In this document: positions 63,633 to 64,000 of the stretch, piece by piece | How the letters are laid out: every line of letters begins with the position of its first letter | Numbering within the stretch: position 1 is the first letter of the stretch | Source of the DNA: Podarcis cretensis | Lineage: Eukaryota | Direction of reading: 5' to 3' | Length of the DNA stretch: 64,000 bases | Assembly: GCA_951804945.1 (NCBI GenBank) | Contig: OX638150.1 | Location: forward strand, 24,862,001 to 24,926,000 | The notes under the pieces: generated by a model | Databases searched by the model: none | Seen by the model: the letters and a program-made list of their open reading frames with translations, nothing else | What the model was told of the DNA's origin: nothing | Program-made: the position numbers and the translations under genes

Positions 63633-64000
63633 CAGTGCTACCTTGGTTCTCAAACGCTTTGGTTCACAAACTCCGAAAACCCAGAAGCGTTCCGGTTTTT
63701 GAACGATTTTTGGAAGCCAAACGCCCAATGCTGTTGTCGGCTATTGTTTCCAGGGCGCCTGCACCAATCAGGAGCTGTGCCTTGGTTTTCAAACATTTCG
63801 GAAGTCAAATGGACTTCCAGAACAGATTAAGTCTGGTGCTTTTGTTTTTGCTAGTTATTTTGCATTTTTGTTTTTGAGGCTTTTTCAGTTTATTTGTTTT
63901 TGTGACTGTGTGGAACCCAGTTCAGCTACCGACTGATTGATTGATTGACTGATTGTGTGACTGCGGAAATGGATAAAAGCCTCCCATCCAAACAATGACT
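63633..64000. mobile_element. pogo/Tigger-like MITE, running off the window end
   Basis: ta-cagtgctaccttggttctcaaac; internal similarity to the 28587 and 60506 copies. Confidence 0.6.

Noticed and set aside
1-64000. CRISPR arrays, operons or other prokaryotic systems
   Set aside because: The window is intron-rich vertebrate DNA; its repeats are dispersed TEs or simple tandem duplications

Overview
This is vertebrate genomic DNA from a squamate reptile, probably a lacertid lizard (inferred from Sauria SINEs, Squam3-like tRNA SINEs, BovB and typical squamate MITEs). The window holds two tandem, head-to-tail ABCA5-type ABC transporter genes on the minus strand. Copy A is complete: a CpG-island non-coding exon 1 near 51.4 kb, then 38 coding exons from ATG 47997 to TGA 3721. 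The hand-spliced CDS is 4932 nt (1643 aa), with consistent exon phases, no stops, and one GC-AG intron. Copy B contributes only its last six exons (63059-59541) and 3'UTR; in its D-loop and C-terminal residues it is closer to canonical ABCA5 than copy A. The copies still align in introns and distal 3'UTR, so this looks like a lineage-level ABCA5 duplication in which copy A diverged faster (transmembrane helices, extracellular cysteines, Q-loop, D-loop). Introns and UTRs carry many TEs with readable TSDs (L1, L2, RTE-X-like, BovB, SINEs, hAT, pogo/mariner and Harbinger MITEs), some nested. I found no prokaryotic-type system, CRISPR array or true RNA gene. Comparisons with human ABCA5/6/8/9 come from my memory of those proteins and need confirming by alignment.
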